The position numbers were made by a program, and so were the translations under genes. Below the pieces are notes generated by a model that saw only the letters and a program-made list of their open reading frames with translations, was not told the origin of the DNA and did not search any database. From a virus (taxonomy: Duplodnaviria > Caudoviricetes), in IMG/VR virus record IMGVR_UViG_3300046171_000048, positions 1 through 50,335 of that record: a stretch of 50,335 bases of DNA; one strand, given 5' to 3'. Below, piece after piece: positions 26,672 to 38,370 of this stretch. How positions within the stretch are numbered: position 1 is the first letter of the stretch; each line of letters starts with the position of its first letter.

Positions 26672-28313
26672 TATAAAAGCAGATTGTACAACAACCACAA
26701 TAGGTTTATGTACTCCCGGAACTGAAGAGGTTATAGTTGAAACCATCACGGAAGAAACCAACCAAGATGGAACGGGTATTAATACCATTACTACCACTGT
26801 TACTGATACTACTACTACCACCATTACTAATGAAACTTCAGGGGCCATCTTGGAAGGAAGTAACGGATATGTATCATCTTCCAAAGAAGGGGACATGGAT
26901 TCCGATTGGGGAGGACAAGGACCTGCAAGTATGCCTACAGGTACTAACTGTTATGGTTTAGGTACAGATAAATGTGCACAAATAACAGGTAGCGGAAACT
27001 CAACGTCTACTATGGGAGTATCTGGAATGGGTACTACCTTTATACAAACAATAGATATAAGTGATTTAACTATTGACAAAGGTGGAGAAGTAGTATATAA
27101 TATAAGTGTAGATAAACAAGATTCGCAAGATAGAATCTACATGCACATTACAGGTCGTAATGGTTCAACCTCAGTATTTAGTGGTACAGATATATTATCT
27201 GAAACAGGTGTTACTAGTGGTTATCAACAATACTCAGGTAACTTTGAATTTGCAGGAAGCCTTAATACTTTAATAGTAGAAGTAGGTGGAAGAGATATTA
27301 ATCTAGCAGTAGGTCCAGTATTTGATGATGTTAGTATAGAAGTATTTTACAATGTTGTCAATACAATAATTACTCAAGAGATAACTACTGTAGAAATGTT
27401 TATATCTTTAAACTCAGATGTTACTACAGAAATTATAGATGTTGTAGAAACTATATTTGAATTTAATGAACCTGTAGAAGATGCTCCAGTATTTACATTT
27501 GAACCAATAGAAGAACCTATGGAAGAGTTTACATATGAATCTGTAGAAATGGAAGTAGAGTTTGAAGTAGACTTTGGTATGGAAATAGAAATGCCTGAGT
27601 TTGATATGCCTATAACTACAGACATGGATATGGAAATGCCTATGGACATAGAAATAGTAAACATTGAAATGGAAATGGAATTAGAAATGCCTATGGATAT
27701 GGAAATGGAAGAAGCACCTCCACCGATGGTAGTAGCTAAAATGGAAGAACCAGAGGTAGAAGTAGATGTTGAACCACAAACAGAAAAACCAACTATGGAT
27801 ATGCAGGAACCAACAGACGAAGAACCTGTTATGGAAAATGATATGGATAGTGGACCAGATGAAACAGAAGAAGTTGAACAACCCGATAGCGAGGCTACTG
27901 AAGAATCCCCTGTGGAAGATGAAAGTAGTGATGAGCAAGAAGATGTACAACAGGAAGAAGTTGAAGAACCTACTGAAGAGCCTGTAGAAGAAACAAAAGA
28001 AACTACAGAAGAACCTAAACAAGAAACAAAACAAGAACAGAAACAAAAAGCAGCTACAAAGATTGTTAAGAAGATGGGTGATAAAGGTAGATACGAAACA
28101 AGTAATCAAATAAAAACTTTAATAGTAATGCAAGTATTAGCAAATAGTAAAAGTTTTTTTGTAGATACACAGTTACCTGAAGTACAAGGATTTTTTACAG
28201 ATGTAAAATTACCTGATACAGAATTATCGGATAATAATATTGCTAACTATTTTATGACAGTAGATAGTGATAATACATTTAATCAAATAGTAGATAGTCA
28301 ATATAATAGATAG
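26616..28313 (+). CDS. large secreted, very acidic protein
   Basis: Signal peptide, beta-rich domain (DWGGQG, GP.FDDV), long E/M/P-rich linker, conserved-looking C-terminus ending SQY. Confidence 0.75.
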   Translation: MTRLKELLLVVLLCFCYSSIKADCTTTTIGLCTPGTEEVIVETITEETNQDGTGINTITTTVTDTTTTTITNETSGAILEGSNGYVSSSKEGDMDSDWGGQGPASMPTGTNCYGLGTDKCAQITGSGNSTSTMGVSGMGTTFIQTIDISDLTIDKGGEVVYNISVDKQDSQDRIYMHITGRNGSTSVFSGTDILSETGVTSGYQQYSGNFEFAGSLNTLIVEVGGRDINLAVGPVFDDVSIEVFYNVVNTIITQEITTVEMFISLNSDVTTEIIDVVETIFEFNEPVEDAPVFTFEPIEEPMEEFTYESVEMEVEFEVDFGMEIEMPEFDMPITTDMDMEMPMDIEIVNIEMEMELEMPMDMEMEEAPPPMVVAKMEEPEVEVDVEPQTEKPTMDMQEPTDEEPVMENDMDSGPDETEEVEQPDSEATEESPVEDESSDEQEDVQQEEVEEPTEEPVEETKETTEEPKQETKQEQKQKAATKIVKKMGDKGRYETSNQIKTLIVMQVLANSKSFFVDTQLPEVQGFFTDVKLPDTELSDNNIANYFMTVDSDNTFNQIVDSQYNR

Positions 28314-28320
28314 GAGACAA

Positions 28321-28803
28321 ATGGCAGAAATAGAATATAAAGGAATTAAAGTAGGTGGCTCAAAGCTACTACTTATTCTACCTCTTATAGGTACACTTAT
28401 TGGTGGACTGTGGGGAGGTTTTGAAGTATATCAACGATACATTATAATGGAAAAAAAGATAAACTCATTTGTAAGTCCTGACCTTTCTGGCTATGATAAA
28501 AGGATAGAATTAATACAACAACAATTAAATATGTTACAAAATGAAATACCAATGATATTAGATGAAGTAAACCTAGTGGCCTCTGTTGCCAAAGAATTAA
28601 AAAATGACCTTAAGAGTGACGTAAGAAGAATTGAAACAATCGTAGAAGACGTAGAAACTAGAGTTAAAGAAGATTCTAGAACTAATGAAAAAGAATTAAA
28701 AGAACTTGTAAAAGAAATAGAACAGGATATGACTGATTTAGAAACAAAAGTAGCAGACACTATACAGAAAACTTTAGCTAATCCTTTAGCAGGTATGAAA
28801 TAA
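28321..28803 (+). CDS. membrane-anchored coiled-coil protein
   Basis: N-terminal TM (LLLILPLIGTLIGGLWGGF), coiled coil, ends L.NPL. Confidence 0.75.
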   Translation: MAEIEYKGIKVGGSKLLLILPLIGTLIGGLWGGFEVYQRYIIMEKKINSFVSPDLSGYDKRIELIQQQLNMLQNEIPMILDEVNLVASVAKELKNDLKSDVRRIETIVEDVETRVKEDSRTNEKELKELVKEIEQDMTDLETKVADTIQKTLANPLAGMK

Positions 28804-28997
28804 TGAAAATAGATTTAAAAATAGTATTACCATACATCGCTATATTAATAAGTCTTGGAATGACATGGGGCATGTGGAGTGAGAGACTAGAAGCAGTTGA
28901 AGCAAAAGCAGATTCCGTTACTCAAATGCAACAAGATATAGCAGTAATAAAAGAAAAAATTATGTGGATGGAATCTTATTTAATGGGAGATAACTAA
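28803..28997 (+). CDS. small TM plus coiled-coil protein
   Basis: 64 aa; TAATG overlaps. Confidence 0.7.
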   Translation: MKIDLKIVLPYIAILISLGMTWGMWSERLEAVEAKADSVTQMQQDIAVIKEKIMWMESYLMGDN

Positions 28998-30519
28998 TGG
29001 CAACTTATAAATCATATACAGATTTAACAGAACAACAAAAGCAACAGTTTGGGGACGAACAAGCTTACAAGACATTTATGGATGCTAATGTAACTACTCC
29101 TATAACTACAACAAATACACAAACAACTCAGGCAGTACAACCTACACTAACAGACCCATCACAATTTGCACAGGCACAAGTGGGTGCTGCAGTTAGACAA
29201 CCAACATTACCTGAAGGTGGACAAGTTCTACCTAATCTTGCGTTACAATCCGTAACACCTAATCAATTACAAACAACACCCGGACTTCAAGGTACAGTAG
29301 CAGCAGCTACACCAACAGCTACAGTTGCACCTACAATAGAAGCAGCAGCAGTACCGACAGCTACACAAGTTTCTCAAACAACAGCACCTGCAGCTAATAC
29401 TTATGATTATAGTGCAGCAACAACAGCAGCTAATATTCCACAAGCTACAGCAGCACAGGGTACAGTCAGTCAACCTATGGTTGCAGCACAACAAGATTTA
29501 ACTTCACTACCACCCTGCAGCTACAGTACAGGGACAACTAGCTAACATATCTGAATCAATTAATAATGCAGTTAATCAAGGTACATCTTTACCGGCATTT
29601 GCTTCAGGGGCTAAAAGATTAGTAGATGCAGCTATGCAACAAAGAGGATTAGGGTGCTTCTAGTATTGCAGCAGAAGCTTTAGCACAAGGTATTATATCA
29701 GCTTCTATTCCTATAGCACAACAAGATGCAGCAACATATAAAGAAGCAATCTTTGCTAATTTAAATAATAGACAACAAGCTGCTTTAACAAATGCTAGTG
29801 CCTATCTACAAATGGATATGGCTAACCTCAGTAATAATCAACAAACAAGTTTAGCAAATTTACAAGTTAGACAACAATCTCTATTCTCAGACCAAGCAGC
29901 AACAAATGCTTCATTACAATTTAATTCACAAAGTCAAGCACAAACAGACCAATTCTTTTCTAACTTAAATACATCTGTTAGAACAGCTAATGCTCAAAGA
30001 ACAGATGCTATGAATCAATACTCTGTTGCTGAAAAAAATAAGATAGCTGCACAAAATGCACAAAACAATATAGCAGTTGATGAAGCAGATGCACAAAGAG
30101 AAGCTGCTATCAATCAATTTAATTCTCAACTACAGGACCAAAGACAAAGATTTAATGTAGAAAATCAAAGAGTTATTGACCAATCAAATGTAACTTGGAG
30201 AAGACAAGTTAACACAGCTAATACAGCATCAATCAATGCAGCTAATCAAACAGATGCACAGAATCTTTTACAAATATCTAACTTTGCATTATCATCTTTA
30301 TGGCAACAATGGAGAGATGAAGCATCATGGGTAAATACATCATCTGAAAATAATAAAGACAGAGCACACAACATTGCTATGGCTGCGTTAGAAAGAGAAA
30401 CAACAATGGCTTTATATGATGAAGATAGTAAAGCAGCACTTAACGGATTAATAGGTAGATTAGGTTTAGAAATATTTGAGAGTATATTACCTAACAATAA
30501 TCCTACAACAACTACATAG
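28997..30519 (+). CDS. internal virion (ejection) protein, Q/N/A-rich (indels near 29515 and 29653)
   Basis: Continuous when reframed: M.QRGLGASS.AAEAL.Q....AS.PIAQQD, NL.NRQQA, Q.N..WRR..NTA.TA..NAANQ. Confidence 0.7.
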
Positions 30520-30527
30520 GAGATAGA

Positions 30528-30788
30528 ATGGATATAGCAACATTAACACAATTAATATCTGTAGGTAAAGACTTTTTAGGTGGAGGAGATTCCGGTGAAG
30601 GGCCAACTAAAGCGAAAGAATATAGACCTAACTTTGATAAATATAAAATGGGGACAGATACTTATGGTTTTGCAGATAGTGAAGCTTTATCAGAACCCGG
30701 ACAAGCAGCACAGATACAGCAAGTATCTTATAAACAAACACAACAGTTTTGGGATAATTATTTAAGAGATTATATGGGAGATATATAA
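30528..30788 (+). CDS. hypothetical virion-region protein
   Basis: 86 aa, SD AGGAG. Confidence 0.65.
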   Translation: MDIATLTQLISVGKDFLGGGDSGEGPTKAKEYRPNFDKYKMGTDTYGFADSEALSEPGQAAQIQQVSYKQTQQFWDNYLRDYMGDI

Positions 30789-31270
30789 TGGCAGAAAGAA
30801 CAACAAATCCATTTGATGCACCTGTAGCAGGTCAATCATTAACAGATACTCCTAAGAATTATCCTTGGGAACATGCACCACAATTTGCTACAGTAGAAGA
30901 TGCATCTATGCAGATATGGGAAGGACTACATTCCGATGCCGCTATGGAAAAAGTAATTATATTATTAGAGGCAGGATTAACTGTAGAAGAAATAACTAAA
31001 GTAGTTATATTTGCAGGATTTGTAGAAGGTAAATTTACTCCCGATACAGGATTATTATTAACACCTATTGTTGCTAAAATGGTTATGGCCATTGGTAAAA
31101 AAGCAGGTATTGAAAAAATAAAATTAAATAAACCTAAACAAGATGAAACAAAACAATTAATTAGAACTGTGATTAAAACATCCCCTAAAGAACAAGATGA
31201 AATGAAAGAAGTAGAAGATGAAACACCTAACACAGGTTTAATGGGTAAGCCTAAGAAGGAGGAAGAATAA
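30788..31270 (+). CDS. conserved virion-region protein
   Basis: FDAPV.GQSLT..PKNYPWE..P motif. Confidence 0.75.
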   Translation: MAERTTNPFDAPVAGQSLTDTPKNYPWEHAPQFATVEDASMQIWEGLHSDAAMEKVIILLEAGLTVEEITKVVIFAGFVEGKFTPDTGLLLTPIVAKMVMAIGKKAGIEKIKLNKPKQDETKQLIRTVIKTSPKEQDEMKEVEDETPNTGLMGKPKKEEE

Positions 31271-32598
31271 TGGGATTATTAAGTTCAAGAACTTTTAGAC
31301 AAATAGCTACAGGTGCTTTGACAGGCATTGAAGAAAAAAGAAATGATATGAGAGATAGGATAGATACCTATAGAGAAAAAGCAGTTAATAAAAAAAATGA
31401 AATACAAAAAAAATATAATGCATATTATGATGAAGAAAAAGAAAATATAAATACTTTTAAAACAGTAGCTACTGCAGCAGGAGATGATTACTTACCTGCA
31501 TTAAATAGTTTTGTAGGAACAGACCCAAGCAGATTATCTATATTTGATAGAATGAATGCAAACGAAATTAGAACAGAATTAGATAAATACAAAGACGCAG
31601 CACCTGCCGATACAGGATTTATTCAATCAAGACAAGAACGATTAAAGTTAAAAGAATCAGAATTAAATCAAAATTTACAAGACCAAGTAGGTTTGTTTAA
31701 AGGTACTTCTACTTTATTTACAAGAGATATAGAAGATAGAGGTGTAAAAGATATACAAGCAGAAGCAGGAACTCTTGAATCCCAAAGATTAAAAACAGAT
31801 TTTACTGCAGGTGCAGGTATAGGTTTAAAGACAAGTTTAAAATTATCTGAAGTGCAAAATAATTTTAGTATCTATGATAATTACTATATGGATAAACTTG
31901 ATGCATTAGGAAACAAAACAGGGGAAAGAATGATAAATCCACAGTTTGCAGATAATGTAGCACAAATTGATAAACAAGCAGATACATTAATTGATAATGG
32001 ATTTGGTGGGAACAGAACACAAGCTATTGCAGAGATTGTAGAAATGATGAACAATCCTTCCTATAGAGGCGATGCTTTACAATTCTTAAATAATGCTGTT
32101 GATGGTTCTCCTATATTGCTAGACACTGAAGAAGCGTTTAGTGATGCTATTGAAAAAAGAAATATTACGCTAATGGAAAATTTAATTAAAGATTTAGAAA
32201 ATAGAAATAGACCTGACGAAGTTAAAATGTATACAGATAGACTTGAACAATTTAAAGAAGATGAAGCAAATTTATCAGCAGAAACAATAAAAGAAAGAGC
32301 ATTAGAAGGTTCGACTGATACTATCACTGGAGGTATACAGGTAGCAAAAGATAAAAAAGAAGAATCTGATAAACTTGTAGATTTTCAAGTAGACAAACCT
32401 AAATTTAAAAAAGAGTATAGAGACATTCTGCCTTATAGAGAATGGAGTGGTTTATCAGAAGATAAAGTTAAAGAAATTTATGATAAGTTAGATAAAGAAA
32501 AAGGAGTAGAAAAATCAAAAGCATTAACTACAGAAGGTTTAAATGAATCTGATGCAGCGTTTATTGATAGATTGAACACAACACTAGGATTAAGTTAA
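31270..32598 (+). CDS. putative internal virion protein
   Basis: 442 aa helical; position in ejection-protein block. Confidence 0.65.
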   Translation: MGLLSSRTFRQIATGALTGIEEKRNDMRDRIDTYREKAVNKKNEIQKKYNAYYDEEKENINTFKTVATAAGDDYLPALNSFVGTDPSRLSIFDRMNANEIRTELDKYKDAAPADTGFIQSRQERLKLKESELNQNLQDQVGLFKGTSTLFTRDIEDRGVKDIQAEAGTLESQRLKTDFTAGAGIGLKTSLKLSEVQNNFSIYDNYYMDKLDALGNKTGERMINPQFADNVAQIDKQADTLIDNGFGGNRTQAIAEIVEMMNNPSYRGDALQFLNNAVDGSPILLDTEEAFSDAIEKRNITLMENLIKDLENRNRPDEVKMYTDRLEQFKEDEANLSAETIKERALEGSTDTITGGIQVAKDKKEESDKLVDFQVDKPKFKKEYRDILPYREWSGLSEDKVKEIYDKLDKEKGVEKSKALTTEGLNESDAAFIDRLNTTLGLS

Positions 32599-32599
32599 G

Positions 32600-35500
32600 A
32601 TGTCCGTAGCAAGTGATTATTTAAAAGAGTCTGGTAAAACTCTTAAAAAAGAAGAAAAAAAATTTAGAACTACATCCGTAGCAAAATCTTATCTTCAAGA
32701 GATAGGGGGTGGTCCCACCATTTCTATCAATTCCCAAAAGAAAAAAACAAAAGAAGAAGATGGACTCATAGAAAATATGGAGTCGGTTGACCCGCCAGAG
32801 GTTAATAATGCCTATTCGTTTGCCTTTGGTTTAGGATTAAAAGATACCTACAGAGGTATTAAACAAATTACAGGATTTGACAAAGCCCAAATGAAAGCCA
32901 ATCAACAGAAACTTACAGAGTTAATGAGAGGTGAGAATGGTGGATTAGTAACAGCAGCTTATTTTGCCGGTGCAATACTAGACCCCGCTTCATGGTTAAT
33001 ACCCTTTGGTAAAGCAAAAAATATATATTCTATGGCGAGAATGGGGATGGTATCTGGTGGTATAGCAGGTGCTACAGGTTATGTAGATGAAGAATCTTTC
33101 ATAGACTCTAGAGGTAAACAAGCTATATTAGGTGCTGTTGGTGGAGGTATATTATCTCCGGCTATGGGAGGTCTAAAAAATTTAAAAACTATGGTCACAG
33201 GTAAAGGTGAAATGATACCCTTAGGGCAGAAAGTTAACTAAAAAAGAAATGATGGATAGAGGTGCATCAACTGTACAAATATCCTGGTAGTTCTAAGATT
33301 GGTAAAGCGGCAGACGAAGCAACAGGTGAAGTCTCTCCTATTACAACAACAGGTACTCAAGCTAAAGTAATGAGAAAAGATGCCGATATAGTAGATGAGG
33401 GTAAAAGTATTTTTGATGCAGTAAAAGATATCTTTAGAAAGAAAGTAGATAAATTACCTTTCCCTAATGTTAAAGCAATACATGATGTCCCTACACCTAC
33501 ATCTAAACCAGTTAAAAATTTTTTAGGGGCCATGTTTAATGGTTATCAAAAGAGTTATGAAAAACACGTAGGTAAGCGATTATTAAAAGGTGCTAAGACA
33601 GGAGAAGGTGGTTCTGCTTTTGCGGGTGGTGCTTTTGGTTTTGCCGGTGACTATGATATAGAAGATGATTATAAATCCCCATCATTAGCAACACGATTTG
33701 CACAAGCTTTTACAGGTGCAGCATTAGGTTATGGTGGAATTAAATTTTTAAAAAGTAAAACCGCTAATCAAATGGGTTTAGTTAGAAGAACTAAATTAGG
33801 ACAACCGGGTGAAGAAGTAGAATTTGTAGAAACATACCCTGAATTATTTGCTAGATGGTTTGTTGACAGAGCAGGTATACCTAAAAATTATAGAAAATTT
33901 CAAATAGATGCACAAGGATTAGAATATTCTTTAGCGGGTGAAATGGTCAAGATGGCTAAGTTAGCAGAGAAATTAACTCCCGATGAAAACGCAATACTTT
34001 ATAATATTTTATCAGGTGACATTGCAGTAAAAGGAACAGAAAGAAGTATAGTTAGACTTGCAGCAAAAACAAGAGGTATTATAAAAAGAATGTCTCAGAA
34101 ATATATTGATTTAGGTATGATGTCTAAAGAAACATTTAAGTTAAATGAAGGTAAATATTTAATGAGAATATATAAAGATTTAGAAAAAGTTAAAAAGGAA
34201 ATAAGTAGTGGTAAAATAAAAGGACCTGTAAATTTAGATTACAAAAAAATAGGCGATGAGTTAAGAGGTAGAGGATTCTTTAGAGACTACACTGTAAAAG
34301 AATATTTAGAACAACAAAGATTTGTAAAAAATGTTATTGATGAAGTAGTAGATAAAAATCATAGAGGTTGGGATTTACCTGAAGATGTTAAATTAATAAA
34401 CAATAAATTATATAGAATAGAAGAAGATGGTGCACAGACTTTACTAAAGAATAAAGATACTAGTATCTTTACGTTGGGAATATTCTAAACCCGAAAGAAA
34501 GTGGATGGGTGAAGTGGAAAATGCAGCTATAGCTATAGAGTATACAGGATTGATACAAGCTAGAACAATAGCTAAATATCAATTCTTTACAGATGTAGCA
34601 GCTAAGTTTGGCAAAACTAAAAAAGAAATAGAAGGATTTAAAATTGCTGATGTTAAAGATATGATAGGACCTTCACCATTATTAAACGAAGAATATATAC
34701 AAATACCTTTAACAAAAATAGAAGGAAAAAATATACCTAGATATGGCAGACTAGGCAGGTAAATATGTACCGGCAAGTATTTGGAAAGATATTGCAGGTA
34801 TGCAGAAAGTACCAAGATGTTTCTTCTAATGCATTATATGCACAATATAAAAAATTAAATAGTTTATGGAAGGTTTCTAAAACTGCGTGGAATCCAACTG
34901 TTCATGTCAATAATATTTTTGGTAATGTAATATTATCTGATTTAGCTGATGTTCCTATATTACCTTATCGAGGAGAGAATGGTAAGATAGTGAATCCACT
35001 ACAAGAAGCATGGACAGCTTTAAGAAAAAATGCAAATGGTACAGGCTATAAATCAGATGTTGTAGAACTTGCAAAGAGAATGGGAGTTATGGATGCTGAC
35101 TTTATACAACAAGAATCTAGAAAATTTAGATTCGAAGATATGGAAAAAATATATACTACAAAAGCAAATGATAGTGAATGGAATACATCTATAGGATTAG
35201 CAACAAACATCTACAGAAAAGTTAAAAAGAATATTAAAGAGAATAAGATTACAGGGACACTAGAAGATTGGTACAGAGTAGAAGACCATGTATTTAGATT
35301 AAATGCTTTTATGTATAGAATTAGAATGGGTGATAGCTATGAAAATGCAGCACTATTTGCTAGAAAACAATTTATAGATTATGATATAGACGCACCTGCT
35401 ATAAACTTTTAAGAAATACTGCGACTCCTTTTTTATCTTTTACTTATAGAATGGTTCCCTATACTTGCAGAAACTGCAATCATGAGACCAACAAAATTTG

Positions 35501-36305
35501 CAAAGTATGCAGCACTAGGTTATGGATTAACTAACTTAGAAGGCTATATAGGTGGTGAAGAAGCTAAAATAGAAAGAGCATTACTACCAGATTATGAAGC
35601 AGGTAATATTGGAGACTTACCTTTTATGCCTAAGAGAGTTATAAGAATACCAATGAAAGACCAAAATGGTAGACCTAAATTTGTAAATATTAGTAGACTA
35701 TTTCCGGGTGGTGATGTATTAAGTTTTGAAGGAAACAGGGGTGTTCCTTTCTTACCGGAACCTTTACAGCCTTCTCTAGGTATTGTTGGTGATGCCATAC
35801 AATCTGCAATAGGTTATGATTTATTTAGAGGTGAGAAAGACGCAAGAAGAGGTGATGGTGGTATGGTAGAAGAAACAATGGAAGCATTAGATATGTTTGC
35901 TAGAAAACTCGTACCTAACTTCCCTTATGTTCCGGGTTCTTTTTCTACTAAAAAATTAGAAAGAGCATTGAAACAAGAAGAGTCTCCTTATCGTGTACCT
36001 CAATCAGAGGGTGAAGCTTTACTTAATTCTTTTGGAATAAAGATAAGCAACAAAAGTATAGAAACATTAGCTAGGTCTAAAAAATAGATTTTGATAGACA
36101 AATAAGAAAACAGAAAGCTAAAATAAAACAAGTTGCTAGAAAGTTTGAAGATGGTTCTATAGATGAGGATGAGTATACAAAACAAGTAGGTAAAATTATG
36201 GAAAATATAAATAAGATTCAAATGACTTTTTTCGGTAGATTAGCCGGAGTGGACCCTTATGGTTTTAGGTGGTTCGATAAGTTATCAGATGGGGAGGAAA
36301 AATAA
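32600..36305 (+). CDS. large internal virion protein (about 1230 aa, multiple indels)
   Basis: Five collinear ORF fragments plus tail; WK.SKTAWNP.VH.NN, Y..ED..FRL..F, A...FIDY motifs typical of large podoviral ejection proteins. Confidence 0.7.
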
Positions 36306-36742
36306 TGTTAGGTGGATTACCAGTAGAAATGATTACAATGCTAGGCTCTAGCTTACTAGGTGGAGTAATGTCCATATGGGGTCAGAGTATTAAAGCAAAA
36401 CAAGAAGAACAAAAGATGTTATTAGCAAGAGCAGAAACTCAAATGTCTTTTGTGGATAAAGCAAGAACATATGAGAACAAAGGCTTTCAATGGACAAGAA
36501 GAATCATAGCTTTAACGGCTGTCTTCTTTGTTATTGCATGGCCTAAGATAGTTCCTGTGCTTTTAGATATACCTGTTATATTAACATGGACAGAATTTAA
36601 ACCGGGTTTTTTGTTTCTGATAGAAAAGAAAGAAATACTTATGGACAGAGCATTTGCAGGTGTAGTGATTACTCCTTTAGATACTCACCTTATGTCATCC
36701 ATAGTGGGTCTTTACTTTGGTGGAAGTTTAGTAAAGAAATAA
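36305..36742 (+). CDS. holin-like membrane protein
   Basis: 2-3 hydrophobic segments, WTRR.IAL, IVG.YFG; next to lysozyme. Confidence 0.55.
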   Translation: MLGGLPVEMITMLGSSLLGGVMSIWGQSIKAKQEEQKMLLARAETQMSFVDKARTYENKGFQWTRRIIALTAVFFVIAWPKIVPVLLDIPVILTWTEFKPGFLFLIEKKEILMDRAFAGVVITPLDTHLMSSIVGLYFGGSLVKK

Positions 36743-37407
36743 TGAGAGACTCTAAACTAATGGCTAGGGCCTACGGAGAAGAAAAAAAAGAAACTTCAAA
36801 CGAAGGCCCTGACATACAAATAAAAGACATACCTCAATTAAAGAAAGATTTAAATTATTTAAGAAATAATGAAGGGTTTGAAGATAAAATATATGATGAT
36901 TCTAAATTAAATAATAAGTATTTAAAGAAAGGCGATACGATAGAAAATAATGGTAGAATTATTTACAAAGATGGAACACAAGGGGGGTTTGCTACTATAG
37001 GTCATGGTCATAAAATAACTCCAGAAGATAATTATGAAATAGGTAAAGTATACTCTAAATCAGAATTAGATGATGAATTAATAAGAGATTATTTTAAAAA
37101 AAAAAGACAAGTAATAAATAGCATACAAGAACTAAACAAAAATCCTGATGACGTGCCAGAGAAAGTTATGTCAATACTAATACGTAATTCCTTTTGGGGT
37201 GTATCTCAAAGTTCTTTTCCTATGTATTTTGAGAGTATGGTAGACGGCCAATATAAATCAGCCGCAGATAATTTAAAATTTACAGACCCTGAAAAAAGAG
37301 AAAGCGGTGGCTACACTAAAATATTTGAACCTGAAGAAGGTATGTCGGGATTAAAAAAACGAACAGAAGAAGTAATGAAAGAAATAGAAAATCTATATAA
37401 TAACTAG
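36742..37407 (+). CDS. lysozyme (GH24-like) endolysin or virion muralytic enzyme
   Basis: NEGF....YDDS...TIGHGH catalytic pattern; F..G....FP.Y...M..G.Y..AA. Confidence 0.7.
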   Translation: MRDSKLMARAYGEEKKETSNEGPDIQIKDIPQLKKDLNYLRNNEGFEDKIYDDSKLNNKYLKKGDTIENNGRIIYKDGTQGGFATIGHGHKITPEDNYEIGKVYSKSELDDELIRDYFKKKRQVINSIQELNKNPDDVPEKVMSILIRNSFWGVSQSSFPMYFESMVDGQYKSAADNLKFTDPEKRESGGYTKIFEPEEGMSGLKKRTEEVMKEIENLYNN

Positions 37408-37664
37408 TACAATCCATTAACAAATCTAGTCATCTTTTTATTTAGTTCATCTACTTCATGTCTTGAATAATTAATTAATGAACAGAGATTATTGGTGTAT
37501 TGATACTCCGGAAACTCCCTGTCCATTATAAGTTTAAATTGTTGTGGTTGTATAAAGTTGTAGTCTAGTTGTATGTCACTATCTCGATTGAGATTGATAG
37601 AGTAGTTAAGTAAGTTAGCAACGTAATCAAACTTTCTTTGTTTCTTGTTTTTGTCCAGATTCAT
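37404..37664 (-). CDS. hypothetical protein
   Basis: Likely start MNLDKNK at 37664. Confidence 0.6.
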   Translation of the reverse strand: MNLDKNKKQRKFDYVANLLNYSINLNRDSDIQLDYNFIQPQQFKLIMDREFPEYQYTNNLCSLINYSRHEVDELNKKMTRFVNGLY

Positions 37665-37785
37665 CTTTAGATTCCTGTAATGTAGCCAAGGCTTGAATAA
37701 GTGTATGCACTTCACCATAAGGTCTAGTGAACATATATTTAAGTATGTTTTGAACTACTTCACTTTTTATTAAGTAATTTTTCAT
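37627..37785 (-). CDS. 52-aa hypothetical protein
   Basis: MKNYLIKSEVVQNILKYMFTRPYGEVHTLIQALATL...; SD AGGAG; not in ORF track. Confidence 0.6.
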   Translation of the reverse strand: MKNYLIKSEVVQNILKYMFTRPYGEVHTLIQALATLQESKDESGQKQETKKV

Positions 37786-37990
37786 GTCTCTTTTTCTCCT
37801 GTAGTGTCTGTATAGTTCTTAGTTCTTCTGTTAATATTGTAGATAAATCTTCATACAACACTCTCAAAGAACCAAAATAGTTATTAGTAGTAGATATTTT
37901 TACATATCCTTTATCCTTTACTTGCTTTGATTCAAATGAATCTAAAGACAATAGTAAATCGCCTGTGAATGGGTCCTTAACTACTCTCAT
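37760..37990 (-). CDS. hypothetical protein
   Basis: 76 aa, overlaps neighbours. Confidence 0.6.
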   Translation of the reverse strand: MRVVKDPFTGDLLLSLDSFESKQVKDKGYVKISTTNNYFGSLRVLYEDLSTILTEELRTIQTLQEKKRHEKLLNKK

Positions 37991-38370
37991 TTATCCTCAC
38001 CATAATTATTAAAATCAATTAGTTTTATAATAGGAACTAAATATCCCCATGATGTATTATTATCCCCACCGGGAACTTTATTAAAGTTATTCTTATTAAT
38101 AATACTTCTCAAATCTTTTGTCTTTAATGTTATATTAAAACAAAATCTATCCCCACTGTAGAAATTAATTGTCCACCATTCTGCTTGTGTCTTTTTAATC
38201 CCACTCTCTTTACCTCTACTTTGATATTCACAATAGTGATTACCTGTCTTAGTCCACTTATCTCTTTCAGACTTTACCTCAGTCTTTTCACCTTGTTGTA
38301 TTTCAGCAACAACAGTTTCCCCTTGTTTACCCCATTCTAAATCGTATTTAAAGTTTGAGTTATGTTTCAT
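37987..38370 (-). CDS. small PD-(D/E)XK-like nuclease-fold protein
   Basis: F..DL..G..GE, EVKSERD.W..TGN...EY..RGK.SGI..T.A.WW. Confidence 0.65.
   Translation of the reverse strand: MKHNSNFKYDLEWGKQGETVVAEIQQGEKTEVKSERDKWTKTGNHYCEYQSRGKESGIKKTQAEWWTINFYSGDRFCFNITLKTKDLRSIINKNNFNKVPGGDNNTSWGYLVPIIKLIDFNNYGEDK

Noticed and set aside
32600-36305. Stop-codon reassignment or several separate genes
   Set aside because: Breaks are frame changes, not in-frame stops; TAA, TAG and TGA all end intact genes elsewhere.
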